64,000 nucleotides of DNA, taken from assembly GCF_009914755.1 (NCBI RefSeq), contig NC_060926.1; one strand, given 5' to 3'. The translations under genes and the position numbers were made by a program. Origin of the DNA: the human T2T-CHM13v2.0 reference genome, Homo sapiens. Positions 29,800 to 45,500 of this stretch are shown here, piece after piece. Below the pieces are notes generated by a model. The model was given only the letters and a program-made list of their open reading frames with translations. It was not told the DNA's origin and ran no database searches. The first letter of the stretch is position 1. Every line of letters begins with the position of its first letter.

Positions 29800-29924
29800 A
29801 AGTGGCAGTTCCCAAAGCTGGGTTCTGGATCAATAACTAAGTTGTTAGAAAAGAAATTTCTCAGGCCCCACTCCAGCCAGACTTCCTGAATCAGTAACTC
29901 TGAGGATGGTGCCCAGCAGTCTTT
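29800..29924. mobile_element. MER5A fragment (remainder at 30195-30224 and ~31208-31240)
   Basis: 'ttctcaggccccactccag...tgaatcagtaactctgagg...gcccagcagtc...ttttaa...ccaggtgat' MER5A motifs. Confidence 0.7.
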
Positions 29925-30194
29925 CTTTTTTCTTTCTTTCTTTTTTTTTTTTTTTTTTTGAAACAGAGTCTCACTCTGTTGCCATGCTGGAGTGCAGTGG
30001 TGCGATCTCGGCTCACTGCAACCTCCATCTCCAGGTTCAAGAGATTCTCCTGCCTCAGCCTCCCGAGTAGCTGGGACTGTAGGTGTGCACCACCACGACC
30101 AGTTAATTTTTGTATTTTTAGTAGAGACGAGGTTTCACCATGTTAGCCAGGATGGTCTTGATCTCTTGACCTCGTGATCCACCCGCCTAGGCCT
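29925..30194 (-). mobile_element. 5'-truncated AluSc-like
   Basis: Poly-T tail, Sc-type 'agccaggatggtct' and 'gacctcgtgatc'; lacks ~40 bp of the Alu 5' end; TSD CAGCAGTCTTT (29914-29924, 30195-30205). Confidence 0.92.
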
Positions 30195-30224
30195 CAGCAG
30201 TCTTTTTTTAAGAGCTTCCAGGTG

Positions 30225-31207
<983 letters not shown>

Positions 31208-31319
31208 AGCTTCCAGGTGATCTGAGACAGGTGCCACTGAAACAATGAAACTAGATATTGAACAAAACATTACAATGTTGTCAATGTAATTAGCAAGAAG
31301 AGGAAACCCTTACATCTAA

Positions 31320-31665
31320 AACACTGGTTTTCAACCATAGCTCTACATAGAAAGATCACTCAGGAAGCTTTAAAAGAATATCTAAGCTGAGAATTCAACC
31401 CCAGGGTTTTGCCTGGACTAAGAACTCAAGCATCATTATTCTTAAGAAGATCTCCAGGTGAATCTCATGTGTATCAAAGTTTGAAAAGCATTCAGCTTTG
31501 CAACTCAAACTGTGGTCCATGGTCCAGATGCATCATATCACCAGGAAGCTTGTTAGAACGGCAGAATCTCAGGCTCCATCCCAGACCCATTGAACCAGAA
31601 CCAGCATTTTTAACAAGACCCCCAGGTGATTGCTATATGCATTAAGGCATGAAACACTGGTTTAA
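31320..31665. mobile_element. Two adjacent MER5-family (hAT-Charlie) MITEs
   Basis: 'ctccaggtgaatctcatgtgtatcaaagtttga' and 'gcagaatctcaggctccatcccagacc...ttttaacaagacccccaggtgat'. Confidence 0.7.
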
Positions 31666-32099
31666 AGAGTTTGTGATTAATTCCTCTCTTCTGAGGCATC
31701 TGTGCCCCTAATATGAAGTAATAGCACACACATTATCTATCACAGCCTGAGTGTGGTGTGATGTGCCTAGGGCATCTTTGGTTTGTCATGAAACATTTTT
31801 TGTGGTTTGTTCAATGCCTGAGAAGAGTTCTCTGGGCATATAAAAATATTCCTATTAAAGATGTTTCTTTGGTTTCTAAACCAAAGAGGCATATAGTAAT
31901 ATGGTCCCATAGCCATTTGGGGGTGATTTTAAATAGAAAATTAGAGGGTTTCTTTACAAGCCTTACATGCAACTTGTAAGTCAAGGAATGTGTCTGGTAT
32001 TTATCTCTATCTGGTAGTGCACTCTATTGTGTACTACCCAAGGATCAAGGTACTAACTAAGGCTAAGTTGTTGATTTCACTAGCTCTTTTAGTCATGCT

Positions 32100-32270
32100 T
32101 ATTTTTATAGTAACCATGCAAGCAAAATATTATTATGCCCATTTTTTCATAAGAAAACGGAGGTCCAGAGGATTACATTGCCTAAAGTCATTCAACTAAT
32201 AGATGGCTAAGCAATAATTAATTCAAACTAAGCCACTGAGACCCCAAAGATCAAAATCTTTTCACTACTC
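32100..32270 (-). mobile_element. MIR
   Basis: 'tattatgcccatttttt...aagaaaacggaggtccagagg...ttgcctaaagtca' MIR core. Confidence 0.6.
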
Positions 32271-34739
32271 CAACTAGATTGCTTTAATTCTGTAAGTTTT
32301 AGTGAAGCATCACATATATCCCCTCCTTTATACATCCTCTAAAATGTATAAAACGTTCCCCGTCTTCCTATGAATAAATGATAATTGATCGTAACTTTTC
32401 CAAACTATCTCTTGTCATCTGCTGTCATGCCAGATACGCTGCACTTGGTCCCAAGGTGTCATTCATCTAATTAAAATGCTTATTTTTGGAATAGTCAATT
32501 TTGAGTGTTAATAAACTATAGGCAAATTTGATGAGATATGGCATATTTTGGAATCAGATAAAGAACATTTATATGCCATTTCTGGTTCTTTCCTTATCTC
32601 TACCAAATTAATTCCATTATAAGCCTTGTCTGGCTACAGAATATTGAACTTTGGTTGTCTGTGTCTGTTTATAAATTAAAAGTATGACTTTAGAGTTTGC
32701 ACATTATTCTGTACTTGATGTATATATGAAGAAAGCAGCAAAATTAAAGTAATAAAGCCTGTCTTTAAAAGGCATTTAGTTACTGTAGTTCTCTTTGGTG
32801 GAAAATGACCTTGGCTGCCTCTTTCATGCATCCTTGCATTTGGCTTAGGATGCATAATTCATACAGCAATCAATTAGCTGACTGTAGAGCCTGCAACAAG
32901 AGGGAATATTTCATATAAATCATTGCTGGCTAAATTGCTGAGACAATTAATAAAGTAGGAAATCTGTGGACATTAATTTGTAGGCAGCACAAGTTCATCA
33001 AAAGCAAATCAGTTTCCTACATATCTTGGAAAGAAATTGCACACAAAGAAAACACCAGATATCTTTTAGTCACCATTTATTAGGAAGGGTTTGATCAAGA
33101 TTATATCATTTGTTGTTTTTATGAATGTGAACAAGTGCCTAACATAAGTGGCTCATTATGTTAGGTGGCTCATATATTTATTTGGCTTAGGGTACTCAAT
33201 CAACAATGCCTTTGTATGAATTAAAATACAGCAATCAAATAAGTGTCCCTGCTTGTGCGGCATCTGTAATCTAGCACAGGGATCCTGAAAGTTAAATCTC
33301 TTGGAGGCCATGAGGGTTCACAGGGTGGCCAGCACATTTCTCCAAAATGCAAATCATCTCAGCATTCATTACTTGAGCTTCCAATGCTATTTCATCAATT
33401 ACTTTTATGTGAATTCCACGTAATTTCAATAACTTCAATTTGCCTGTTTCATAGAAAGAAGTTTGCTTTTGACATGTATGCTGTCCTTTTTTATTTTTAA
33501 GATATTGCTAAAAAATATTTTCAAATCACATTAAGAACACAACAACATCTTTATAAATGACTGATTGCTCAGAGATGTCACATATGTGTTATTTTTATTA
33601 AATGAGAAATAAATGTAGTGGCCTTCATATACAGGTAAATGGTTATAATTTGGCTGCACATCAGAGTCACTGGAAGAACTTTTAAAACTTAGCTATGCCT
33701 GAGCCCGATCTCCTGGAGCTATTCATTCAATTAGTCTAGTCTAAGGCCGAGCAGTATTTTTTTAACTCCCAAGTTGAGTTGAATGTGCAGGCGAGTTTGG
33801 GGGACACATTTATTGATTGCATGGTATTGTATAGGGCAATGTGTCTCAAACTTGAAGCTGCATACACGTCACCTGCAATGTCTTGTTTACTTTTGGATTT
33901 TTATTCAGTAGGCTCAGGGTTAGAGCTGTGTGTCCACAACTCTAACTTTGGTTAACTTGAACTTTGGTTGTCTGTGTCATTCTGATTTTGCCGTAGGTGC
34001 TCCTGCTACTACCAGGCCATGCCATACCTGTTTGCAGGCTACTCTGACAGGCCTGGTGACTGCCTCCTTTCCTTTGGCTCCCTTGTCTTTCATCCCAAGA
34101 GTATGCACCCTTCACCCACATGGTTTCTCTATTTCCTCTAAGTCAGTGGTTGCTTAGGCTGCCAGAAGCACTGGCCCTCATTCACATTACCTCCTCCCTA
34201 CCGCAGAAAAGAGCTGGAAGTTTTTTGTTTTTTCTTTAAACAGAAGGCCTCTGGGCTTGGGTTACCATGCACACTAAAGTAGAGTACTGAAAATGAAGAT
34301 TAAATGATGCCCTTGTACTGAAGGCTGATATTCTCCCAGCATTCCTCTTCCTTCATCAGCTACTCTAGTACTGGCAGCCAAGTCTTTATCCTGTAGGCAG
34401 GATGCTGGATGCATCTTCTCTGGGAGGCAGCACAAGAGAAAAGACCTAAAGAGATGAATATAAGGGGCTGCTCCAAAAAGCAACTAACCCAGATTTTCCT
34501 GCAGTGAATCTACAATCACCCAGTCCCACCTACCTGTTTATAGCTTCCTACAGCCTTTCCCACTACTCTTAAATCACAGGTTACAAAAGGATGGAGGGAG
34601 TCTTCTCATAAGAAAGATAAAAATTTTAATTTTAAAAACAAGAACAAAAATGAAAAAAAAAAAACAATTTGGAAGCAATAGACCATACAAAGAGGAAAAA
34701 AAATTTAAACAAAATTAAAATATTATCAATATTCCCAGA

Positions 34740-36020
34740 GATGGATATGACACCAAAATAACAGGAAACAAGAGCAAAAATGGACAAATGGGACTAAACC
34801 AAAACAAAAAATGTTGTGTAGCAAAAGAAACAATCAAAGTGAAAAGGCAACCTAGAGAAAGGGGAAAAATATTTGCAAACTGTATCTGATAAGGGGTTAA
34901 TATGTAAAATATATAAAGAACTCCTACAAACAAATAGCATGAAGAACAAATGACACAAGTTTTAAAATGGGCAATAGACTCACAGACTTGCAGAGTCATT
35001 TCTCCAAAGAAGACATACAAATGGCCAACAGGTATATGAAAAGATGCTCAACATCACTAATCATCAGAGAAATATAAATCAAAAACACAGGGAGATATCA
35101 CCTCATACCTACTAGGGCAGCTATTATCAGAAAAACAAACTAGCAAATATTGGCAGGAATGTGGTGTAATTAGAATCCTTGTGAACTGCTGGCATGAGTG
35201 TCAAATGCTACAGCCACTGTGAAAAACAATAAATAATTTCCTCAAAAATTTAAAAATAGAGTAGTCCTATGATCTAGCAATCCCACTTGTGGTATATATC
35301 CAAATCAATTGAAAATAGGATCTCAAAGAGATATTAGCATTCCCATGTTTTTTGTAGCATTATTCACAATAGCCAATAGGTAGAAACAACTTAAATGTCC
35401 ATTGACGGATGAATGGATTAAGAAAATAATACAACAAATTATTATTCAGCCTTAACAGTGAAGGAAGTCCTGTTATAGGCTACAACACAGATGATCCTTG
35501 AAGACATAATGCTAAGTGAAATGAGCCAGTAGCAGAAGGACAAATACAGCTGATTCCATTTATATGAAGTCTAAAGTATTCAAACTCATAGAAAAAAAGT
35601 AAAATGGTGGTTGCCAGAGGCTGGGAAGAGGGAGAAATGAGGAGTTGCTATTTGTAATGGATAATTTTATGTGTCAGCTTGAGTGGGCCACAGAGTGCCC
35701 AAGCCTGGCCACTGTCAGACTGGAACTTATATCCTCAGTTCTCCTGGCTCTCAAGCTTGTAGGATGCAGATCTTGGGACTTGTCAGCCTTCATAATCATG
35801 TGAACCAACTTCTTTTCATAGATCTCTTTATGTATATCTGTCATTTGGTGCTGTTTCTCTGGAGAATATCAACTAATATGCAATTTAATGTGTACAGAGT
35901 TTCAGTCATGCAAGATGAAAACCTTCTGGATATCTAGAATGTGCAGACAGTTAACACTACTGTATACTGAAAAGTTTGTTAAGAGGGTAAATTCCATGTT
36001 ATGCGATTTTTCCATAAGAA
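34740..36020 (+). mobile_element. L1MB-type 3' end, interrupted by an MLT2 fragment
   Basis: 'atggccaacaggtatatgaaaagatgctcaacatcactaatcatcagagaaat' and L1MB-like 3'UTR. Confidence 0.8.
35653..35880 (+). mobile_element. Internally deleted MLT2 (ERVL) LTR
   Basis: 'tgtaatggataattttatgtgtcagcttgagtgggcca' start and 'ctgtttctctggagaa...actaata' end. Confidence 0.7.
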
Positions 36021-36465
36021 AAAAAATCTCAGAAAGATACAAAAAGATGTAGTAATCATGAAATATGAATGGTTGGTTTTATTTTTTAAAGAAATACAGA
36101 GGTTAGAAAATAAAACCAAGGACATTTCTCAGGAAATAGAGCAAAATATGAAGGAGACAAAAGAGAAAGGATAAAAAAATTAGAGGATCAGTTAGGTAAG
36201 TCTAATATCTTACTAACTGGCATTCCAGAAGAGAAAACAATGATAGAAATGATGATATTATCTAAAAAATAGAAAATTTTCCAGAACTAACTGACTTATG
36301 TTTCCAAATTGAAAATATACTCCAAGTGCCCCACCCCTTGTATTATGAATGAAAATAGGCTCATGCCAAGAGAACCATCATGAAATTTCAGAACACTGGG
36401 CAAAGAGGAGACTCCAAGCTTGCAGGGGATGGTGCAGAGGGGGGAAATGATATATAAATATTCAG

Positions 36466-36763
36466 GGTTGGGCACAGTGACTCACATCTGTAATCCCAGC
36501 ACTGTGGGAGGCTGAGGCAGGAGATCACCTGAGGTCAGAAGTTCTAGACCAACCTGGGCAACATGGTGAAACTCTGCCTCTACTAAAAATACAAAAATTA
36601 GCTGGGCGTGGTGGTACGTGCCTGTGGTCCCAGCTACTCAGGAGGCTGAGGCAACAGAATCACTTGAACCCAGAAGGCGGGGGTTGAAGTGAGCCAAGAA
36701 CATGCCACTGCACTCCAGCTTGGGCAACAGAACAAGACTCCATCTCAGAAAAAATAAAATAAA
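36466..36763 (+). mobile_element. AluS
   Basis: Full dimeric Alu with A-rich tail, inside an old L1M ORF1-like region (~36040-36920). Confidence 0.92.
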
Positions 36764-36926
36764 ATGAATTTTCAACTTGAATCAAGAAAGTAGCCATATT
36801 CCTTTCCCTTGCTAACAAAAACACAACCTTTATATCAAATGACTTTGGACTTCTAAACAGTTTCATTAGAAGCAGGATAATGATAGAAAAATGCTACAAA
36901 AATTACAAAGAAAAATGTTTTCCAGT

Positions 36927-37633
36927 TGCATTAGCTTTCTGTGGCTGTTGCAACAGAAGTATGCTCAACAAGTTGAGTATCCCCAATCCAAAAATCCAAA
37001 ATCCAACATGCTCCAAACTTTGAAACTTTTTGAGCACTGATGTGATGCTCAAAGGTCATGCTTAAAGGGAATTCTCACTGAAGTATCTCATATTTTTTAT
37101 TTTCAGATTAGGAATATTCACCAGTATGTATATTCAAATATTCCAAAATTTGAAAAAATCCCACATCCAAAACACTCCTAATCCCAGGGATTTCAAATAA
37201 GGGATACTCAACCTATAGCACAAACTGGGCGGCTTAAAACACCAGAAATTTATTCTTTAAAAGTTCTGGAGCCCAGAGGTCTGAAATAAATTGCAGGGCT
37301 ATGCTCCACCCCAGGGAAAATCTGTTTCTTGCTACTTTCAGCTTCTGGTGGCTGCCCATATTCCTTGGCTTGTGGCTACATCCATCCAATCTCTGCCTCT
37401 GTGGTCACATTGTTTTCTCCTCTTCTGTCTGCATCAAATGTCCCTCTGCCTCTCTCTTACAGGGATTACGTGATTGCATTTAGGGACCACCATTATAATC
37501 CAGGGTAATCTCCCCATCTCAAGAGCCTTCACTTAATCACATATACAAAGACCTTTCCCTTATAAGGCACTATCTTCAGGTTCTAGGGATTAGGATCTGA
37601 TATATTTGGGTGGTCACTAGTCAGTCTACAACA
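36927..37633 (-). mobile_element. MLT1 LTR with nested Tigger4/MER46 MITE
   Basis: 'ggcttaaaacaccagaaatttattct...agttctggag' and 'gtgattgcatttagg...aatcacat' MLT1 motifs. Confidence 0.8.
36969..37215. mobile_element. Tigger4a/MER46-like MITE
   Basis: Terminal inverted repeats CAAGTTGAGTATCCC ... GGGATACTCAACCT. Confidence 0.8.
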
Positions 37634-38825
37634 TCAGCTAAGCTCTCAATGGTAAAGATAGGAGTATTTCTAATCTGCCAGTCTCAAAGACATTTGCTTC
37701 CTAATCACTCTTCTCAGGAAACTTCACAAGGATGGGTTCCATTTAGCAAGAAAGAGAAACACCAGGGATACAGAAACAGCAAATCCAACACAAAGGGAGG
37801 TGACAGGATTTCCGGTATACAGTAAGAGCAAGGGCCAGAATAAGTTTTGTGTACCAGCCAGGACAACCAGTACAGATGCGTGCTCTGGAGAAGGCATCTG
37901 AACAAGTTGGAGCTAATAGAAAACAGGAGATTGATGACTAGCAGAGAGTTTGGGGTATAATACATACATAACTTCAAGTAAAATAACTAATACAAAATTG
38001 GTATTATCCATAAGCATTGGCAAAAATGAAGGAAAATTTTCCTACCACAATCCTAAGTAGATGTTCAAAATAAAGTCTAACTCACCCCAGCATATTGTAT
38101 GTTCTTTTTAATCAAATAGATAGCATTGGTATATAAGAAGTAAACACTGCAATTATTAGCTTCTTCTCCTAGAAATAATACAAAATGCGTAACTGAGACA
38201 AAGACTATGTAAAAAGTGAATAATCATAGTACCCAGGGTTTTTTTCATTAATGAAACCAGTAAAAATATAGAGTAGATTGATATTTCTGACTGCTTTTTA
38301 CAAAGTTTGAATATTCTAAGATAAGAAAGTAGACAAAGGAGACAAAGAGAAATTTAGATGAACACACAGATAAAGCAGAGAAGTCTCTCCTAGTTTGCCA
38401 CATGTAGGAAATAAATACTGATGTCTTCAATATTTCTTTTATATATATATATTTATTATACTTGAAGTTCTAGGGTACATGTGCACAACGTGCAGGTTTG
38501 TTACATATGTACACATGCGCCATGTTGGTGTGCTGCACCCATTAACTCGTCATTTACATTACGTATATCTCCTAATGCTGTCCCTCTCCCCTCTTCCCAC
38601 CCCACAACAGGCCCTGGTGTGTGATGTTCCCCTTCCTGTGTCCAAGTGTTCTCATTGTTCAATCCCCACCTATGAGTGAGAACATGCAGTGTTTGGTTTT
38701 TTGTCCTTGCGATAGTTTGCTGAGAATGATGGTTTCCAGCTTCATCCATGTCCCAGAAAGGACATGAACTCATCCTTTTTTATGGCTGCATAGTATTCCA
38801 TGGTGTATATGTGCCACATTTTCTT

Positions 38826-40594
38826 TGTTTTTTTTTTTTTGGCATTTTTAATTTAGGTTTGTTTTATTTAAGTTTAATGCTAATTCCATGCTGTGTTTCA
38901 GTAAGAACAATAAAGATTCTGTATCTGTGGTTCCAGTCAGATATCCAGGAGTACAAATTAGCTTCAAGTTACACATACTGAATAAAAGAGGTTGAGCGAG
39001 CGAAGGAGGGGAGGAATGAGGGGAAGGAGGTAGTGGGAGGGGGAAGGAGAAGAAACAAAGAATTGAACAGGCATGCAGGCTTTTCCATACCACCTTCAAT
39101 GCTAACCTGCTTCAGTGGGAGAGTAAAGTAGGCAAGAATGAGCAGCCATGGATGGTTGAACTGTTATCGGCACCATGCTTTTCAGCAACATTTCAGCACA
39201 GTTTGAAACATTTTTTACAGCAAAACCATTACAACTCCCTCCCCAAACGACCTGTAACCATCTCAGGCTAACACCCAATTACTTTCAAACATTGGTATAA
39301 AATACAGTTTAAACAATTAGAAAAATGAAAACTGATACCACTTATGCCTCTATAGTGTGATTAACCTCTCTTAGATGCTTGCATTACCTAGAAGTCTAAT
39401 GGCTTTCAAATGTAATTTCCATTTCTAATGGTGATCTTGCCACATCTGGCACAGAGACAACACAGTAATGCTGAAAAAGCCTCCATGCAGTCCTGTTAGT
39501 GTCTTAAAGAACCTAAAAGCTGGGACCAGTAAAATCCACAGAAATTCACTCTTGCCTTTAAGAACTTTTGAAAACTGTTTAAAAAAAAAAAAAAAAAAAG
39601 AAACAGGGAAGGAACCTAAATTCTGAGACCAAATGTAAAAGTCAGATTTGGTGGTTCTCAGTGACAATGGGGAGTTTCCAAGGGGTGGGATGGGGAGGAG
39701 GGGGTGGTCAGAGATGGTTTCTCTTGTTGGCTTATGTCTCCCTGATTTTTGTCTTCCACGTCCTGCAGCACTTCTTTATTCTGCTCTTCACCATCACCCT
39801 GCATATCTGAAGTCCATAGTGTCAGATTATCACGTAACAACTGCATGATAAGTTTACAGTCCTTATAGCTTTCTTCACTCAGCGTATCCAGTTCTACAAC
39901 TGCATCATTGAAAGCTGCTTTTGCCAACCTGCAAGCACGGTCAGGGGAATTAAGAATTTCGTAGTAGAATATGGAAAAATTGAGAGCAAGACCTAAGTGA
40001 ATAGGATGCGCTGGTGGAAGTTCTGTCATTGCAATATCACTAGCAGCTTTATAAGCCACTATGCTGTTCTTCGCAGCCTCCTTCCTGTCATTTCCTGTGG
40101 CAAATTCTGCCAGACACCTGTGGTAGTACTATTTCGTTTTATAATAGAAAACCTTGGACTCGCCAGTGTTAGCTGCTGCAATCAGATGTTTGTCCAGTAC
40201 ATCCAGAATGTCACAACAGATTAACTTTAGCTCAGTCTCAACCATTTGCTGATATTCCCGAATCATTTCTAGCTTGTTTTCTCCTCCCTTGTTTTCTTCT
40301 TTCTGTTCAATGCTGCTGATTATTCTCCAGGAGGTTCTTCTAGCTCCAATCACATTCTCATATGCAACAGATAGGAGGTTTCTTTCTTCATCTGTCAGCT
40401 CCACATCCATCCCTGCTACTTTCTTCATTGACTCCACCATTTCGTCGTATCACTCAGCCTGCTCGGCCAGCTTCGCCTGGTACACCAGATCCTCTCGATC
40501 ATCCACAGCAGCAGTGGCTCCAGCAGGATCTGCGTGACTGATGGAAGTGGATAGTGTCTCTAACTCTCTCAGCCTCTCGCTCCGCGTCCAGGCC
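38826..40594 (-). pseudogene. YWHAEP5: YWHAE (14-3-3 epsilon) processed pseudogene, full-length mRNA copy
   Basis: CDS homology 39739-40506 (768 nt, no frameshift); ATG changed to GTG; stops at codons 19 and 126; natural stop lost; both UTRs; poly-A; TSD TATRTGCCACATTTTCTT (38808-38825, 40595-40612). The P-number is from memory. Confidence 0.96.
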
Positions 40595-41836
40595 TATATG
40601 CCACATTTTCTTAATCCAGTCTATCATTGTTGGACATTTGGGTTGGTTCCAAGTCTTTGCTATTGTGAGTAGTGCCGCAATAAACACACGTGTGCGTGTG
40701 TCTTTATAGCAGCATGATTTATATTCCTTTGGGTATATACCCAGTAATGGGATATCTGGGTCAAATGGTATTTCTAGTTCTAGATCCCTGAGGAATCGCC
40801 ACACTGACTTCCACAATGGTTGAACTAGTTTACAGTCCCACCAACAGTTTAAAAGTGTTCCTATTTCTCCCCATCCTCTCCAGCACCTGTTGTTTCCTGA
40901 CTTTTTAATGATTGCCATTCTAACTGGTATGAGATGATATCTCATTGCGGTTTTGATTTGCATTTCTCTGATGGCCAGTGTTGATGAGCATTTTTTCATG
41001 TGTCTGTTGGTTGCATAAATGTCTTCTTTTGAGAAGGGTCTGTTCATATCCTTCCGCCACTTGTTGATGGGGTTGTTTGTTTTTTTCTTGTAAATTTGTT
41101 TGAGTTCTTTGTAGATTCTGGATATTAGCCCTTTGTCAGATGAGTAGATTGCAAAAATTTTCTCCCATTCTGTAGGTTGCCTGTTCACTCTGATGGTAGT
41201 TTCTTTTGCTGTGCAGAAGCTCTTCAGTTTAATTAGATCCCATTTGTCAATTTTGGCTTTTGATGCCATTGCTTTTGGTGTTTTAGACATGAAGTCCTTG
41301 CCCATGCCTATGCCCTGAATGGTATTGCCTAGGTTTTCATCTAGGGTTTTTATTGTTTTAGGTATAACATTTAAGTCTTTAATCCATCTTGAATTAATTT
41401 TTGTATAAGGTGTAAGGAAGGGATCCAGTTTCACCTTTCTACATATGGCTAGCCAGTTTTCCCAGCACCATTTGTTGAATAGGGAATCCTTTCCCCATTT
41501 CTTCTTTTTGTCAGGTTTGTCAAAGATCAGATGGTTGTAGATGTGTGGTATTATTTCTGAGGGCTCTGTTCTGTTCCATTGGTCTATATCTCTGTTTTGG
41601 AAGCAGTACCGTGCTGCTTTGGTTACTGTAGCCTTATAGTATAGTTTGAAGTCAGGTAGCGTGATGCCTCCAGCTTTGTTCTTTTGGCTTAGGATTGACT
41701 TGGCAATGCAGGCTCTTTTTTCTTTCCATACGAACTTTAAAGTAGTTTTTTCCAATTCTGTGAAGAAAGTCATTGGTAGCTTGATGCGGATGGCATTGAA
41801 TCTATAAATTACCTTGGGCAGTATGGCCATTTTCAC
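40499..41836 (-). other. 445-aa open frame: L1 ORF2 C-terminal part fused to translated YWHAE 5'UTR
   Basis: L1 ORF2 sequence up to ...[10 protein letters not shown], then [10 protein letters not shown]...CCCG from the YWHAE 5'UTR. No evidence of expression. Confidence 0.8.
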
Positions 41837-41878
41837 GATACTGATTCTTCCTATCCATGAGCATGGAATGTTCTTTCA

Positions 41879-43146
<1,268 letters not shown>

Positions 43147-43799
43147 AAGATGTGAAACGGTTAAAGCAAAACTGCCGCTACTCCTGCTGACCCACTCCGC
43201 AAAATCCCTAAATTCAGAAAGTGCATTCAATCCAGGCCACGATAGCTCATTTCTAATATTTCACTTTCCCTTAAGAGAAATATGTATCAAAAGAAAATGA
43301 ATCTAGCCTTTTGACTAAAGCTGCCTTCACTGACACTGAGAGTTTGTATTGCCTCTCTTTTGGTGCCCCAGAGATTTCAATATGCAGCGTTCCACATTAA
43401 GAATCAGAATGAATGAGAGGAACACCTTCTTTTATTTGTTTTCTTTTGCTTGTAAAGCAAAAGAAGAGTGATTGTGAAAATGGAAATGGAGAGGAGAAAC
43501 AGAGGGATGACTCACCTGCAGACATGTTCCTGAGGGAGGTCATTTGGAGGAAAAATTCATATGGGTGTTGTGGATCCGGAAATGGTCTTGTTTAAACTCT
43601 CAATGTGCATGGTACACCTTCTTGCACATCCAAGGACCCATGTACCTTAGTTGGAAGCTTGGTGGTTTGGAGAAAGTTCCTGGTTCAACAAAGGTTAGGA
43701 AGCGGGGAGGTTTCAAGACCTGGAAGTGGAATCTAGACTACAGGGAGCCGGGAAAGAGTAGAAGGAGAGGAAGCTGGGAGTAGACAGTTGCAAAACCCT

Positions 43800-44130
43800 C
43801 TCAGTTCTCTTAGGCCATACTAAGAATGTTGGTCTTTACCCTAAATCAGTGGGAATCCCTTGAAGTAAATAAAGGTAGAACAAGATCAGATTGACATCTT
43901 AAAACAGAATAAAATATGGACTTCATTAGGAAGTACAGGCAGAAGGGAATAATTAAGAGGCTTTTAATTATGGGAGTCAGTCCAGGGAAGAATAGTGGAA
44001 GTGGTAATGGAGAGAATCAGACAGGCTTAACAGATATTTAGAGAATATAATTGATAGAAATGGATGAATTATTGGATATTGGAAAGATGAAGACGAAGGT
44101 GTCCAAAAACGATTTCTGGGTTTCTAGTTT
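43800..44130 (-). mobile_element. L2 fragment
   Basis: 'taggccatactaagaatgttggtctttaccctaaatcagtgggaatcccttgaag' antisense L2 motif. Confidence 0.6.
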
Positions 44131-44398
44131 GCAGGTCTCGAGAATTTTTCATTATTATTATTTTTTTTTCTGAAAAACCTATAATTGATATAATGGGAAA
44201 TAAAAAATAAATTTTTAAAAAGAATAAACAAAAATCTTCAAAAATAGTATCTATATTTAATATCATGTTTACAATGTGATCATAGATAAGATAATAATTT
44301 TTAAATGAGAAGACTGATATTTGATAACCTGCAAAATGTATTTTTAAAAAACCAGGTGTTACACTCTAAGTATCTTGCTTTTGAAATATAACATTGGC

Positions 44399-44754
<356 letters not shown>

Positions 44755-45402
44755 TTATCCTTCCACTACAACCCTCATAGCAAGACCATTTCTTCAGTGA
44801 ATAGTAGGCCTCCCAGCGTAAAAAATCAGCTCTGAATGCGTAGAGAAAGTAACTAAATTCAACATCAGTGTTATTTTTTGACCTATGCAACTGTCACCAT
44901 ATGAAACTGAAAATAATATGTATTATCAAATTCTCTACTTTCTTGCATAGTTCATGTGATCCAAAGAATCAAATACCACATTGCTGAAAACACACCATCA
45001 ATTCTCATGTGGTTATTTTGCAAATCAGTTTCTTTTTCTCTACTTTTACGTAACACATAAAATTTTCATATAGTTGAAATGAACTGTGCAGAGGAAAAGG
45101 TAAATGCCAGCAGGCATCTAAATATTGTAGCATCTGTTATATTTTACACTCTGTAATCACAAATTTTATAAGGCTTCATTGCATTTGAGGCTGGATTCTT
45201 CACAAATTATTGAAGATTGATAGCTGCAGTAATTGTCATTACACTTATATTTTATTATATCGAATTACATAAACTTCTACCTTTTTGTGATATTTTTCTA
45301 GAGAACAATTCATGATGTCTGCTTTGTATTTTCTTGTAAATGTGTAAAATTTATATGATGTGAAATTAGCATCTTCCAATTAAGGTATCCCAAATTTGGA
45401 GG

Positions 45403-45500
45403 GTGTGTGTATGTGTGTGTGTGTGTATGTGTGTATGTGCACATGTGCTAGTATATGTGTGCCCAGATTTGAACATGTGTGTGCATGAGTGCATGTGTGT
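45403..45500 (+). repeat. Imperfect (TG)n microsatellite
   Basis: gtgtgtgtatgtgtgtgtgtgtgtatgtgtgtatgtgcac... Confidence 0.8.

Noticed and set aside
32826-32855. 9-bp inverted repeat ATGCATCCT/AGGATGCAT
   Set aside because: Several stems of this length are expected by chance in 64 kb.
38439-40612. L1-YWHAE chimera formed by RT template switching
   Set aside because: YWHAE has its own poly-A and an 18-bp TSD duplicating L1 sequence, which indicates a separate later insertion.
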